DNA of 64,000 bases from Candidatus Nomurabacteria bacterium (GCA_943350045.1 CALQZW010000001.1:9760-73759), one strand, 5' to 3'; positions 28,334-38,882 are shown, numbered from the stretch's first letter. Translations and numbers: made by a program. The notes: generated by a model from the letters alone, not told the origin.

Positions 28334-29657
28334 CCTTCTTATTTTCGGGGTTAACTGAATACGTAGGTATTACTGGAGGAGTAGGTCCTGTGTTTCCAAA
28401 AATTAATGTATGAACTTTTCCGAGTTCTTCATATATTTTTGCAAGAGTAGGATCTGGAGGAGTTCCATTTACCAAATTGAGGTAGGCTCTTTTTGCTTCA
28501 CCAAGCTTTGCGAGATAACTGGCTTCTTCTGCGCCTCGTGCTTGGCCTTGTTTTGTTCTTACTGCGATCTCAACTTCAGCTCTCGCGATTGCCTGCTTCG
28601 CAGTAAACATCATGGATGTTACTTCGTCGCCAGGTATGATGTCTTTCCATTCCAGCTTTCTAAATGAAATACCGTATTGGATTTCCGAACCTTCGGTTAG
28701 CGTGTTTGCTCTGTCGTCATATAGCCCATATGAGGCAATGCGAAGCTTTTTTCTAAACTCTGAGAAAGCAGCATTATGTTCAGTGCTTTGTATGAAATCG
28801 AGCGAGACACTCGCTACGAATTCACGTACAGCTGCCTGAACCGGTGTCACGGCTCGGAGCTTTAGGTTTGGTCCTATTTGCAGGAGTTGTGCAGTATTGA
28901 CTATGTCAATTTTGCCGTACACGAAGGCGGTAAGATTAAACATCTGACCTTTTCGAGGGGCTCCCTTTTTAGGTAATGCTGGTGCAGTAGTGTCACTTGT
29001 TTCGTCCGATGGACCTGTATCCAAACTCGGACAAGCAATCTCTCCAAAAATTTCAAACGGAAGGTACGGAGACGTCGTTGTCTTTGTAATTATACATTCT
29101 TTTCCATCGTAGCTTGTCCACTTGATTTTGAATCCAGGATGACCGTTGTGGTCTTTCTCGTCTCCTGTTATGAGGGCTCGAACCTCGTCGGCTTGGACGT
29201 GTTTCGTTTCTGATGCGTAGGTCCACTCTATAAGGCCAGTAAATGGGTAGAATCCAGTAGATACGCAACCGAAGTTTTTTTCTAGGAATTTTTCTTCTTT
29301 TACATAAATCCCCCAGTCTCTTTTAGGTATTTCGTTTCTATCAAGAAACTCATATCCGCGGTTTGCCCAGCCGTATATTGGCTGACCAGTACTGTCTACA
29401 CCTAGAAGTGTTTTTCTTATTCGATACCAACGGGGGTATCGAGGGTCATAATTTATACTCTGAGGATCATTGATGAAATACTCCTCACTGAATGGGGCAA
29501 CAACTCGATGGATTGTACCTCCAATTTTACGTATTGTGAGGGTGTGACCATCACGAAGTTTTTTTATACCCATAAGGTAAGACCATATTGATAATGGTAT
29601 ACATAGGAGAATAATTGCAAAGAATGCTCCTGAAATAATTTCAATTGTCGCTGACAT
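28317..29657 (-). CDS. Divergent SPFH/Band7-like membrane protein
   Basis: N-terminal TM; VQAAVREFVAS...YGISFRKLEWKDI followed by Ala/Glu coiled coil (AIARAE...GAEEA). Confidence 0.55.
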   Translation of the reverse strand: MSATIEIISGAFFAIILLCIPLSIWSYLMGIKKLRDGHTLTIRKIGGTIHRVVAPFSEEYFINDPQSINYDPRYPRWYRIRKTLLGVDSTGQPIYGWANRGYEFLDRNEIPKRDWGIYVKEEKFLEKNFGCVSTGFYPFTGLIEWTYASETKHVQADEVRALITGDEKDHNGHPGFKIKWTSYDGKECIITKTTTSPYLPFEIFGEIACPSLDTGPSDETSDTTAPALPKKGAPRKGQMFNLTAFVYGKIDIVNTAQLLQIGPNLKLRAVTPVQAAVREFVASVSLDFIQSTEHNAAFSEFRKKLRIASYGLYDDRANTLTEGSEIQYGISFRKLEWKDIIPGDEVTSMMFTAKQAIARAEVEIAVRTKQGQARGAEEASYLAKLGEAKRAYLNLVNGTPPDPTLAKIYEELGKVHTLIFGNTGPTPPVIPTYSVNPENKKDEPAK

Positions 29658-29731
29658 GCTTTTAAGTTTTTAAAGTGAAAGATTAATTTTCACCATTGTA
29701 ACCTAGTTTTGACAAATAGTCAATTATATTG

Positions 29732-29813
29732 TGCCGGGAAGAGGACTTGAACCTCCATGGGTCACCCCGTCTGCTCCTAAGGCAGGTGCGTCTACCAATT
29801 TCGCCATCCCGGC
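29732..29813 (-). tRNA. tRNA-Leu(TAG)
   Basis: GCCGGGATGGCGAAATTGGTAGACGC...CT-TAG-GA, long variable arm, GGTTCAAGTCC. Confidence 0.95.
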
Positions 29814-29845
29814 ATATTCTTTTTGCTTAGTACCTTGCGTACTTG

Positions 29846-29918
29846 TCCGCCCAGTTGGATTCGAACCAACGACCAATCGCTTAAGAGGCGAGTGCTCTAC
29901 CAACTGAGCTATGGGCGG
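29846..29918 (-). tRNA. tRNA-Lys(CTT)
   Basis: CCGCCCATAGCTCAGTTGGTAGAGC...CT-CTT-AA...GGTTCGAATCC. Confidence 0.95.
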
Positions 29919-29995
29919 AAATGTTGGTGAAAAACAGATACAGTATACCTTTTTTTAGAAAAAGTTCAAGTATATTTGGGTAGGAAGTCTCTTTC

Positions 29996-30051
29996 GAAAA
30001 TCGAAACCCCGCGTTAAGCGGGGTTTCTCGGAGCCTTACGGCACTTTGTAT
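29996..30051 (-). ncRNA. Candidate tiny RNA A
   Basis: TGCTATACT promoter at 30056-64, TACAAA, GCC-GTAA-GGC, CGA, 10-bp GC hairpin. Confidence 0.4.
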
Positions 30052-30110
30052 TTTTAGTATAGCAAAGTAGTTTCTTTTGTAAAAGTGATAGATCTTATTA
30101 AACTTTAAAA

Positions 30111-30262
30111 TAGAACAACTCCTTTTAAGGGAGTTGCCGGCTCTTGCGAGCAAGAGAGGTAACCTCTCAATTCTTAGATAATAATCTCGATTGGAGTTAT
30201 ATGCAAGATTACAGAATGATAATCTAGAATACAAAAGAACACTTCATATTGAAGTGTTCTTG
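30111..30262 (+). ncRNA. Candidate multi-hairpin small RNA C
   Basis: TTGTAA-16-TAAACT promoter, consecutive hairpins, terminal AAGAACACTTC/GAAGTGTTCTT stem. Confidence 0.35.
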
Positions 30263-30286
30263 ATGTTGTTAGTGTGCCTATAGCAT

Positions 30287-30739
30287 TTATGCTTTAGCAG
30301 AATCGGCGTCAGAGATAGCACTTGCAATAGAAAACTCAGTTATGACGTTCACGATTGCTGTAGTTTCTGCATCGTCTGCTCCGGCATTTTTGAAACGTCC
30401 GACAATGTTGGCGAGAGTTACTGCTGTGTCGTATCTCATTCTGTCGGCGAATATTTTTGTGTAGATTTGCCCGATGCGTTCATCGTCTTGGCTCTCTGTG
30501 ACAGCAGAAGATGCACACTCCGTGTCGTTAGACGTTTGCATGCAGTATTGAACTGCGCTTCCGATGATCTCCTTCATGATTGAAGAAGCCTCTTCTTTTG
30601 TAGCTCCACCCTCAAGTAGGTCCGAGATAGATCTGTTGAGAGTCGTTTCTCTTGGATCCTTTTTTGCGAATTTCAGGATTGCTGAATGGCGCATTAGTTG
30701 ACCAATACGGCTCAGTGAAACTGTTGTCTTGTTCGACAT
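30287..30739 (-). CDS. Hypothetical protein (ORFan)
   Basis: Start MSNKTTV at 30739 after TTGACA promoter; the longer ORF-track call runs through tRNAs. Confidence 0.6.
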   Translation of the reverse strand: MSNKTTVSLSRIGQLMRHSAILKFAKKDPRETTLNRSISDLLEGGATKEEASSIMKEIIGSAVQYCMQTSNDTECASSAVTESQDDERIGQIYTKIFADRMRYDTAVTLANIVGRFKNAGADDAETTAIVNVITEFSIASAISDADSAKA

Positions 30740-30819
30740 AGTATTATTTTTTAAGGTTACAAAATATAACTTAAAAATATTATATACCATATACATGATA
30801 TTGTCAAGTATTGAGAATG

Positions 30820-30903
30820 TGCCCGAGGCGGGAATCGAACCCGCACGGCCTTGCGGCCAAGAAATTTTAAGTCTCTCGTGGCTACCGATTACACCACTCG
30901 GGC
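30820..30903 (-). tRNA. tRNA-Leu(TAA)
   Basis: GCCCGAGTGGTGTAATCGGTAGCCAC...CT-TAA-AA, variable arm GGCCGCAAGGCC. Confidence 0.95.
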
Positions 30904-30917
30904 AAATGCGCACAGGG

Positions 30918-30989
30918 AGGCCTGGGCGGGAATCGAACCCGCGTATAAGGGATTTGCAGTCCCTTGTCTTACCACTTGACGACCAGGCC
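30918..30989 (-). tRNA. tRNA-Cys(GCA)
   Basis: GGCCTGGTCGTCAAGTGGTAAGAC...CT-GCA-AA...discriminator T. Confidence 0.95.
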
Positions 30990-31013
30990 TTGTAATTCAA
31001 CTATACCCGCGAC

Positions 31014-31343
31014 TTATTCTTTAAGCAAGCGGTTGATTTCGTCGCGAGTGCGCTCTCCATGGTCTGGGACGACACGGAAAGAGGGGATCGCACGGGAGCG
31101 AATCTTTGTTTTTAGATACCTACGAAGCTCGCCAAGATTGCGAGATACGAAATCAAGAGCGGCAGTTTCTTTGTCTGTAGGGAATACTGACACGAAGAGC
31201 GTTGCTCCGTTTCCACGCTTTGTAAGTACTGTGCGCGTAACGGTGATAAGGGCAGTCTTGTTACTCTCACGCTCTAAAAACGCAGCCGCTTCTTTTGTGA
31301 TAGCTGCTTCGAGTTTTTCATTGTGGTTGCGTAGTTCAGACAT
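31014..31343 (-). CDS. rbfA: Ribosome-binding factor A
   Basis: LITVTR..ATLFVSVFP..LRRYLK..RAIPSFRVVPD; follows infB. Confidence 0.85.
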   Translation of the reverse strand: MSELRNHNEKLEAAITKEAAAFLERESNKTALITVTRTVLTKRGNGATLFVSVFPTDKETAALDFVSRNLGELRRYLKTKIRSRAIPSFRVVPDHGERTRDEINRLLKE

Positions 31344-31349
31344 GCGTAC

Positions 31350-32870
31350 TTATTCAATAATTTTAGTAATAGCTTCAATGACATCTCCTGGAACAATTTC
31401 GATACGAGCTTCGATGAGTGCTCCACAGTGAAGACCTTCGGCAACGAGCTTTGTCTTACTCTTGTTTTGTTCAAGTCCAACGATTGTTCCTTTTCCGATT
31501 TCAGCTTCGCGACGGAGAATGCGTACGGTGTTTCCGACTGCAATCTCTCCACTTGCTACGAGTCCTCCTGCGACCTGACGGTCCTTTGTACGGTTGAAGA
31601 TTCGCTGTACTTTGAGTGTTCCTCCAACAACTGTTGTTTCAATGCGAGGACGGCGTGCTTCTACGATTTCTTTGAGGTGATCTGAGAGCTTGTAGATGAT
31701 GGTAAAGATTTCAACTGAGACAGGAGTCGCACTCTGGTCGAGGATCTCTTTTGCTCGGGGGTCTACTTTTGTATTAAAGCCGATGATGATTGTTTCTGGG
31801 TCGATTCCTGCGGTACGTACGTCTGCTTCTCCGATGACTCCTACGCCACAACTAAGTACTTTCCATGTTGTGTTTGGAAGTTCGAGTTTGCGGATTTCTG
31901 TGAGCACTGCGTCAGCTGTACCTGCAGTGTCTGTACGAATGATGATTGGAATACGTTTCTGAGCTGTCTGAGTATGATCGAAAACGAAAGGAGCTGGTGC
32001 TGAAAAGGCGAGAGCGTGCTCACTGGCATACTTCTCGGCCTCTTTCTTTGTCTCAAAACTCTGCCATACTCCACCAACTTCTGGCATCTCACTCCATCCG
32101 ACGATTCCAACTGGGTCAGAGAGTGATACAGTCTTTATTGGGCGAAGGAGAAAGTCTTGCATCATGCGTGTTGAAGCAAGGGCGCTAGCGCTTGCGAGGT
32201 GCATACCTGAGGTAAGTGTTCCGTTGCGAACGATGAGTGTTGCCGTCATTCCACGACGAGCGTCGAGGTGAGATTCAATGACAATACCTTCTGCTGGAGC
32301 TGAAGGGTCTCCGGTAAACTCAGAGATGTCGGCGAGGATTGAGATGAGTTCAAGGAGGTGGTCTACTCCTGTTCCGACTTTAGCTGAGATTTCTGCAAAA
32401 GAAATATCTCCACCATATCCTTCAAGGTAAATACCTTTCTCGGCAAGGTCAAGTTTTACTTTCTCTGGGTTTGCGTTTGGCTTGTCTATTTTGTTAATTG
32501 CAACGATGAAGGGAAGATTCCATTCTGTGATTGTTTTCCAAGCTTCAAGAGTTTGTGCTTTTACCGAGTCCTCTGCGGAAACAACAAGGATTGCAATATC
32601 GGCGGCCTGAGCTCCACGGTTACGCATTCCAGAGAATGCTTCGTGTCCTGGAGTATCGAGGAAGGTGATGGTACGATCTGCTCCTGTTTGGTCTTTGTGA
32701 GATACAACGTATGCAGACAGGTGCTGAGTAATTCCTCCAGCTTCGCCTCCAGCTACGTTTGATTTGCGGATATAGTCGAGGAGGGTAGATTTACCGTGGT
32801 CGATATGACCCATAACCACCACAACGGGCGGGCGAGAAGTGAGAGTTGTTGTGGTTGTTTTTTTAGTCAT
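31350..32870 (-). CDS. infB: Translation initiation factor IF-2 (short, no N-terminal extension)
   Basis: RPPVVVVMGHIDHGKSTLLD, GGITQH, DTPGHEAF, NKID. Confidence 0.97.
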   Translation of the reverse strand: MTKKTTTTTLTSRPPVVVVMGHIDHGKSTLLDYIRKSNVAGGEAGGITQHLSAYVVSHKDQTGADRTITFLDTPGHEAFSGMRNRGAQAADIAILVVSAEDSVKAQTLEAWKTITEWNLPFIVAINKIDKPNANPEKVKLDLAEKGIYLEGYGGDISFAEISAKVGTGVDHLLELISILADISEFTGDPSAPAEGIVIESHLDARRGMTATLIVRNGTLTSGMHLASASALASTRMMQDFLLRPIKTVSLSDPVGIVGWSEMPEVGGVWQSFETKKEAEKYASEHALAFSAPAPFVFDHTQTAQKRIPIIIRTDTAGTADAVLTEIRKLELPNTTWKVLSCGVGVIGEADVRTAGIDPETIIIGFNTKVDPRAKEILDQSATPVSVEIFTIIYKLSDHLKEIVEARRPRIETTVVGGTLKVQRIFNRTKDRQVAGGLVASGEIAVGNTVRILRREAEIGKGTIVGLEQNKSKTKLVAEGLHCGALIEARIEIVPGDVIEAITKIIE

Positions 32871-32888
32871 AGCGTATATAGCTGGGCA

Positions 32889-33350
32889 TTAGCGCACAGC
32901 TTCTTTTTGAGCTTCTGTGATAACAGTGGCTTCTTCTTTAGTAAGTTCTACGTCCGATGCTCCTCGTGTGACTGGTTTTGCAAATACGCTCATACGTTCA
33001 CGAGAGTAGAGACTTGAGAATACAACTCCGTCTCCTTCTTCGTTTACGATTGCGACAGCAAAACTCTGAGTTCCTCCAACATCAGCAAATGGATTAAATC
33101 GCATGATTTTAACTCCATGACCCTGACGTTTGATTTTCTCTGTAATCACAGCAATTTTTTCAGAATGTTCATTACTGAGATTGTTGAGAGAACCAATATG
33201 GCGAACAATGTCCTGAAGTAACCCTTCGAGTGAAGACGCCTTTGACCCTTTAAAAAGGTGATTGAGGCGAATATGGTTACGGACGGCAAAAATGAGGGCG
33301 ACTAGCGCCAATACAAAAAGAACTGCAAGTAGCAGAGAGTTTGTGCTCAT
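32889..33350 (-). CDS. DUF4446 family protein
   Basis: TM; RFNPFADVGGTQSFAVA...GVVFSSLYSRE..FAKPV..G.S..LTKEE. Confidence 0.9.
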   Translation of the reverse strand: MSTNSLLLAVLFVLALVALIFAVRNHIRLNHLFKGSKASSLEGLLQDIVRHIGSLNNLSNEHSEKIAVITEKIKRQGHGVKIMRFNPFADVGGTQSFAVAIVNEEGDGVVFSSLYSRERMSVFAKPVTRGASDVELTKEEATVITEAQKEAVR

Positions 33351-33382
33351 ACCTTGTAAAGTATATACTAAAATCACGAATT

Positions 33383-34618
33383 ATGCACTATAGAAGCCTT
33401 TTTGGACAAAAACAGCGCCTGTATCTCGACCATGCAGCCGCTTCACCACTGCGAAGCTCCGTTGCTCGTGTTATTCGTCGTGCCGAGTTGGCGTATCCAG
33501 GAAATCCGAGTTCTCTCCATCACGAGGGGGTTATTGCTGGTAAAGAACTTGCCTCCGCTCGTGCTTCTGTTGCGAAAATGTTTGAGGTGCAGGCGAGCGA
33601 GGTGATATTTACGAGCGGAGGCACTGAATCGGACTCGCTCGCCATTTTAGGAACTGTTCGTAGGAATATAGCTACGCTACAAGCTGAAGGAAAGAAACCT
33701 CACTCCATTACAACTACTATCGAGCATCCCGCAGTTTTGGAGGCGTTTGCAGTACTTGAGCGTGAAGGTGTCACTGTTACGTACCTCGGAGTTGATACAC
33801 AGGGACGTATTAACCAGAAAGAACTTCGCGAATCTCTAAAAGAAGAAACTGTCTTAGTTTCCATCGGATATGTAAATAGTGAAATTGGAACCGTGCAAGA
33901 CATTCGAGAGTGCGCAAAAACTATTCGTCATTTCCGTAAACAACTCGGCCGAAGTATTCTTGGAGTTCAGTTTCCTATTTTTCATACTGACGCGGCTCAG
34001 GCTACTCGACTTTTGTCTGTACGTGTTCCCGAACTCGGAGTAGATATGCTCTCATGTAATGGTTCAAAAATTGGTGGACCACGTGGAGTAGGTATGTTGT
34101 ATGTAAAAAAGGGAATACAGATTTCTCCGCTCCTTGTCGGTGGTGGGCAAGAGCACTCACTCCGCTCCGGTACTGAAAATCTTCCTGCGATTATGGGCTT
34201 TGAAACCGCACTCCGTGAAGTGCGAGCTGAAAAAGAATCCGAATACGCTTCAATGCTCTCGCTTCGTGCTCTTGCACTTGCTCTACTACAAGAGCAGATT
34301 CCTGAGGCTCGTATCAATGGTTCGGCTCATCACTTTTTACCAAGCACACTTAGTATTTCACTCCCCAAGTTTGCTAGTGAACTTCTTGTCATTGAGCTCG
34401 ATGCTCGCGGGATTGCAGTTTCTGCGGGGAGTGCGTGTAGTGGAGTCAAAGAAAATGGATCTCATGTTCTCTCCGCTCTTTATGGAAAAGACGACAAGGA
34501 TTCATGGGGTACTATCCGAGTTTCTTTTGGAAAAAATACGACACCTCGCGATGTGCGTTATTTTGTTCGGGCGCTCAAGGATGTGATGGAAAAGTATTCA
34601 GGATTTCTGTATACTTAA
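33383..34618 (+). CDS. iscS: Cysteine desulfurase
   Basis: YLDHAAASP, GNPSSLH, FTSGGTE, HTDAAQ, RSGTEN, SAGSAC. Confidence 0.92.
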   Translation: MHYRSLFGQKQRLYLDHAAASPLRSSVARVIRRAELAYPGNPSSLHHEGVIAGKELASARASVAKMFEVQASEVIFTSGGTESDSLAILGTVRRNIATLQAEGKKPHSITTTIEHPAVLEAFAVLEREGVTVTYLGVDTQGRINQKELRESLKEETVLVSIGYVNSEIGTVQDIRECAKTIRHFRKQLGRSILGVQFPIFHTDAAQATRLLSVRVPELGVDMLSCNGSKIGGPRGVGMLYVKKGIQISPLLVGGGQEHSLRSGTENLPAIMGFETALREVRAEKESEYASMLSLRALALALLQEQIPEARINGSAHHFLPSTLSISLPKFASELLVIELDARGIAVSAGSACSGVKENGSHVLSALYGKDDKDSWGTIRVSFGKNTTPRDVRYFVRALKDVMEKYSGFLYT

Positions 34619-34621
34619 TCT

Positions 34622-35434
34622 ATGGAGAAAGATAATCGACCAGTGCACATAGAAGATCTTAATAAAACCCAGCTCATCCTGCTTGTTATTCTCCTGTCAT
34701 TCGTGACCAGTATTGCAACCGGAGTTATTGCCGCAACACTCGTTGAGCAAGCTTCTCCGCAGACTACTCAGACTATAAACCGCGTCGTGCAGAGAACTAT
34801 TGAAAAAGTCACTACGGAATCTCCTGGCGAGACTATAGTACAGACAGTGATTGTAAAAGAAGGTGACTTAGTGGTCGACGCAGTCGATAAAACTCGTCAG
34901 GCATTTTTCCCACTCCGCACATCAGGAGGTACAGAAATTCTCGGGCAAGCGTACTCGATCGGTAATGGATATTTTTCAGTCGCTTCCTCTCTTGTCTCTG
35001 ATGGAAAACTCTATACAATCACAAGCGGAAAAACGGTGTACTCAATGAAAACCATTTCCGTGACGCCATATGGAATTACAATATTGGGAGTATCGAGTCC
35101 TGATGCATCAGTAAAAAGCTTGCCCGTTGTCCCAAACGCCAAAGATGTTGATGTAAAAGCTGGAAAGACTATTGTTGCAGTTTCAAGTACTCTTGTGTCA
35201 AAAGACATGGTACAGTCACTCCGTACAAACTCTGAAAAGGGTGAAGGTGACGTTGTAACGGCTTCATGGAATGCCATAGTAACATCCTCAACGCTTCCAT
35301 CCGGACTCGTAGGGGCAGTTGTGGTAGACCTTGATGCTAATGTTGTTGGTTTTGTGGGGCGACGTGAATCGGGTGTAGAGATTATAAGCGCAGAAAGCCT
35401 TCTTTCTCTTGTTTCTCGAGCAACCACAAACTAG
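34622..35434 (+). CDS. Membrane-anchored, probably inactive trypsin-like (S1C) protein
   Basis: LLSFVTSIATG TM, TQTINRVVQRTIE; GNSGG region reads GLVGAVVVDLDANVVG. Confidence 0.55.
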   Translation: MEKDNRPVHIEDLNKTQLILLVILLSFVTSIATGVIAATLVEQASPQTTQTINRVVQRTIEKVTTESPGETIVQTVIVKEGDLVVDAVDKTRQAFFPLRTSGGTEILGQAYSIGNGYFSVASSLVSDGKLYTITSGKTVYSMKTISVTPYGITILGVSSPDASVKSLPVVPNAKDVDVKAGKTIVAVSSTLVSKDMVQSLRTNSEKGEGDVVTASWNAIVTSSTLPSGLVGAVVVDLDANVVGFVGRRESGVEIISAESLLSLVSRATTN

Positions 35435-35495
35435 CAGTGTCCGCCGAAGTTCTTTCTTTTGACATATCTATAAATACGTTGTAATATATACACAT

Positions 35496-38195
35496 ATGCC
35501 ACCATTCAATCATTTCACAACAAAAGCGAAAGAAGCAATCCGAAAAGCTCACGAGCTTGCGATTGAGCGGGGACAGAACCATGTTTCTTCACTGCATCTT
35601 CTCACTGCACTATTGACTCAAGACGAGTCAATGGTTATTTCTATTCTCGACAAGCTTGATATTGACACAATTTTACTCACCGACACAGTCCTTGAGTCTA
35701 TTGAAGCACCAGAGACAAACAAAACACTTTCACCGTCATATCAGATATATCTCAATCCAGACCTCGCTGCCGCTATTGAGCAGTCTTCTAAAATTGCCGC
35801 AACACTTAAAGATGAATTTGTCTCTACAGAACATCTCTTTTTGGCAATTCTCGAAGTTCCTGGAGAAGCAAAAGAAGTGCTTGCTCGTTTCCGTCTATCA
35901 CGCGAAGTGGTTGAAAAAACTCTCGAAGATTTTAAAGCTTCAGGTGGTCCAGACGTCGAGTCTCCAAAGAAGGCACGCGCACTTTCAAAATACACTCGCT
36001 CGCTCACAAAGCTTGCCCGTGAAGACAAGCTCGACCCAGTCATCGGACGCGACACTGAAATCATGCGTATCATGCAGATTCTCTCACGCCGTACAAAAAA
36101 CAACCCAATTCTCATTGGAGAAGCAGGAACAGGAAAAACTGCAGTAGTCGAAGGACTTGCAAACCGTATTGCAAAAGGAGATGTTTCTGAATCTTTGAAA
36201 GAAAAAGATATTGTGTCTCTCGACCTCGGAGCATTGCTTGCGGGAACAAAATACCGTGGAGAATTTGAAGAGCGCCTCAAGACACTCATGAAAGAAGTCG
36301 AAAAAGCAGAAGGAAAAATCGTTCTCTTTATCGACGAGATTCACACTATTGTCGGAGCTGGAGCTTCAGAAGGATCACTTGATGCTTCAAATATGCTTAA
36401 GCCTGCACTTGCTCGCGGAGAAATGCGCGCAATTGGTGCAACGACTCTCAAGGAGTACCAGAAACATATTGAAAAAGACCCAGCACTCGCTCGTCGTTTC
36501 CAGCCTGTGTTCATCGATGAACCATCACAAGAAGATGCGATTGCAATCTTGCGTGGACTGAAAGAAAAGTACGAGGTATATCACGGAGTCCGAATTACTG
36601 ACGACGCAATTGTCGCTGCCGTAAATCTCTCTACTCGCTATATCACAAACCGATTCCTTCCAGACAAGGCAGTGGACTTGGTAGATGAAGCTGCATCTGC
36701 GCTTCGTATTGCGCTTGAAAACAAACCACCAATTCTTGAAGATGCGCATCGTAAAATAATGCGTCTTGAAGTTGAGCGTGAGGCACTCAAAAAAGAAGTT
36801 GAGCTCGGAACATTTGCAACACCAGCAGATAGTAAGGAGACGAAACAGCGTATCAAAGATATCGACAAAGAAATTGCAAACCTTCGTGAAGTCACAAAGG
36901 AAATTGAAATGAAATGGCAGAACGAGAAAGCACTCGTTTCAGAAATTCGTGCAATCAAAAAAGACCTTGAAGCGCTTCGTATCGAGGCCGATAACGCAGA
37001 GCTTCGTGTCGACCTTACTCGCGCAGCGGAAATTCGCTACGGTAGTATTCCAGCACTCAATAAAGAGCTTGACCTGAAACTTACTCGTCTCAAGAAACTT
37101 CAGAAGTCTCGCCGAATGCTCAAAGAAGAAATCACTGCAGAGGATATAGCAGAAGTTGTTGCACGTTGGACTGGTATTCCACTTACTCGCATGATGGAAG
37201 AGGAGCGCAAAAAACTTCAGCGAATGGAAGACGAACTTCGCAAGCGCGTAGTAGGACAAGAAGAGGCCATTACTCGCGTTGCAGACGTCGTACGTCGCTC
37301 ACGTGCGGGAATCAGTGACCCAAATCGCCCAATAGGCTCATTCATTTTCCTTGGTCCGACTGGAGTTGGAAAAACTGAGCTTACAAAGGCCCTTGCCGAC
37401 TTCATGTTCAATGACGACCGTGCCCTCATTCGCGTAGACATGAGTGAATACATGGAGCGTCACAGTATTTCAAAGCTCATTGGCTCGCCACCAGGATATG
37501 TTGGTCATGACGAAAGTGGATATCTTACGGAAGCAGTTCGTCACCGCCCGTACGCAGTCGTTCTCTTTGATGAGATTGAAAAGGCACACCCCGAAGTATT
37601 TAACATGCTTCTACAGGTACTCGACGACGGACGTCTTACTGACGCCAAAGGCCGTGTTGTGAACTTCAAGAATACAATCATAATCATGACAAGTAACATT
37701 GGCTCTCAGTACATTGAGAAGATGGAGTCGATTGGATTTTCAAATACTGCAACTGTTTCAGAGTACGCGAACGTAAAAGACCGTGTTCTTGAAGCACTCA
37801 AGGAAAGTTTCCGTCCTGAGTTTTTGAACCGTATCGATGAAATAGTACTGTTTGATGTACTTTCTAAAGAATCAATTCGTCAGATTGTTACGCTTCGTAC
37901 AAAGGTTGTCTCAACGCGCTTGGCTGGAAAGGGAATTGCACTCGATATTTCAGATGAGGCACTCGACTTTATGGCCGAAAAGGGACACGATCCGCACTAC
38001 GGAGCACGTCCACTGAACCGCTTGATTCAAACAAAAATTCTCAACCCTATTGCCTCATTCATTATTAGCAACGGCGTTGGAAAGGGAGATGCAGTCCGCG
38101 TAACGGTTAAAAATGGCGAGCTTGTTATTGAAGCGAAGAAAAGTATTAAGAAAACAAAAAGCACCGTTGTTACCCGAGTGAAAAAGACTGCATAA
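35496..38195 (+). CDS. clpB: ATP-dependent Clp chaperone ClpB
   Basis: Two AAA modules ([16 protein letters not shown]), long M-domain with AAEIRYG. Confidence 0.95.
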   Translation: MPPFNHFTTKAKEAIRKAHELAIERGQNHVSSLHLLTALLTQDESMVISILDKLDIDTILLTDTVLESIEAPETNKTLSPSYQIYLNPDLAAAIEQSSKIAATLKDEFVSTEHLFLAILEVPGEAKEVLARFRLSREVVEKTLEDFKASGGPDVESPKKARALSKYTRSLTKLAREDKLDPVIGRDTEIMRIMQILSRRTKNNPILIGEAGTGKTAVVEGLANRIAKGDVSESLKEKDIVSLDLGALLAGTKYRGEFEERLKTLMKEVEKAEGKIVLFIDEIHTIVGAGASEGSLDASNMLKPALARGEMRAIGATTLKEYQKHIEKDPALARRFQPVFIDEPSQEDAIAILRGLKEKYEVYHGVRITDDAIVAAVNLSTRYITNRFLPDKAVDLVDEAASALRIALENKPPILEDAHRKIMRLEVEREALKKEVELGTFATPADSKETKQRIKDIDKEIANLREVTKEIEMKWQNEKALVSEIRAIKKDLEALRIEADNAELRVDLTRAAEIRYGSIPALNKELDLKLTRLKKLQKSRRMLKEEITAEDIAEVVARWTGIPLTRMMEEERKKLQRMEDELRKRVVGQEEAITRVADVVRRSRAGISDPNRPIGSFIFLGPTGVGKTELTKALADFMFNDDRALIRVDMSEYMERHSISKLIGSPPGYVGHDESGYLTEAVRHRPYAVVLFDEIEKAHPEVFNMLLQVLDDGRLTDAKGRVVNFKNTIIIMTSNIGSQYIEKMESIGFSNTATVSEYANVKDRVLEALKESFRPEFLNRIDEIVLFDVLSKESIRQIVTLRTKVVSTRLAGKGIALDISDEALDFMAEKGHDPHYGARPLNRLIQTKILNPIASFIISNGVGKGDAVRVTVKNGELVIEAKKSIKKTKSTVVTRVKKTA

Positions 38196-38292
38196 TTGTA
38201 AAAGCATAATAAAAACCCAACTCTTGACAGTTGGGTTTTTATTATGCTTTATTATCGAATAGATTCATTCTTTTAAACTTAAAACAAACTAC

Positions 38293-38739
38293 ATGAAAAA
38301 AACAGCATTTACAGTTTTAGCTTTTCTGGTAATCATACTCACTGCCTGCGACAACCAACCCAGCTCGCCGCATAGAAAACCTCTTAATGGTTCCATTGAG
38401 ATGGATACAATTAGTTTTGACTCGGTCTGGAGTTTTGTCGAAGAACATGGTTACGATCTTTCTTACAGAAACTTCTGGGACGATAGTGTCACCGAAAGAG
38501 AGTTTTCTTTTCAAGATTCTTCTGGTGTTGCTTGGAGAATTTTAACTCTAAGGAACTATCCGGTGCGTAGAAAGCCTGGAGTGCGCTCGAAAATCTTGAT
38601 ATATCGATACACTGGTGATTTCACCCGGAGTTTCGATTTGACCAGTCATTGTTGTGTTTTGGATATACATGATTCCGTACATCGTGCTCCACAAGCCGTG
38701 GTTTTGTTTGCACGGCAGTATAGGTCAAATCGTAGTTAA
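38293..38739 (+). CDS. Hypothetical lipoprotein (ORFan)
   Basis: Lipobox LTAC; TTGACA promoter and leader motif. Confidence 0.65.
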   Translation: MKKTAFTVLAFLVIILTACDNQPSSPHRKPLNGSIEMDTISFDSVWSFVEEHGYDLSYRNFWDDSVTEREFSFQDSSGVAWRILTLRNYPVRRKPGVRSKILIYRYTGDFTRSFDLTSHCCVLDIHDSVHRAPQAVVLFARQYRSNRS

Positions 38740-38796
38740 AATTCTACTCAAGAAAGTATATAAAAACCGCATCTAAATTCGATGCGGTTTTTGTTT

Positions 38797-38882
38797 TGGT
38801 GCGCCGGGAAGGATTTGAACCTTCGTAGCCCGAAGGCGACAGATTTACAGTCTGTTGTAATTGACCACTCTACCACCGACGC
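38797..38882 (-). tRNA. tRNA-Tyr(GTA)
   Basis: GCGTCGGTGGTAGAGTGGTC...CT-GTA-AA, variable arm, encoded CCA. Confidence 0.95.
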
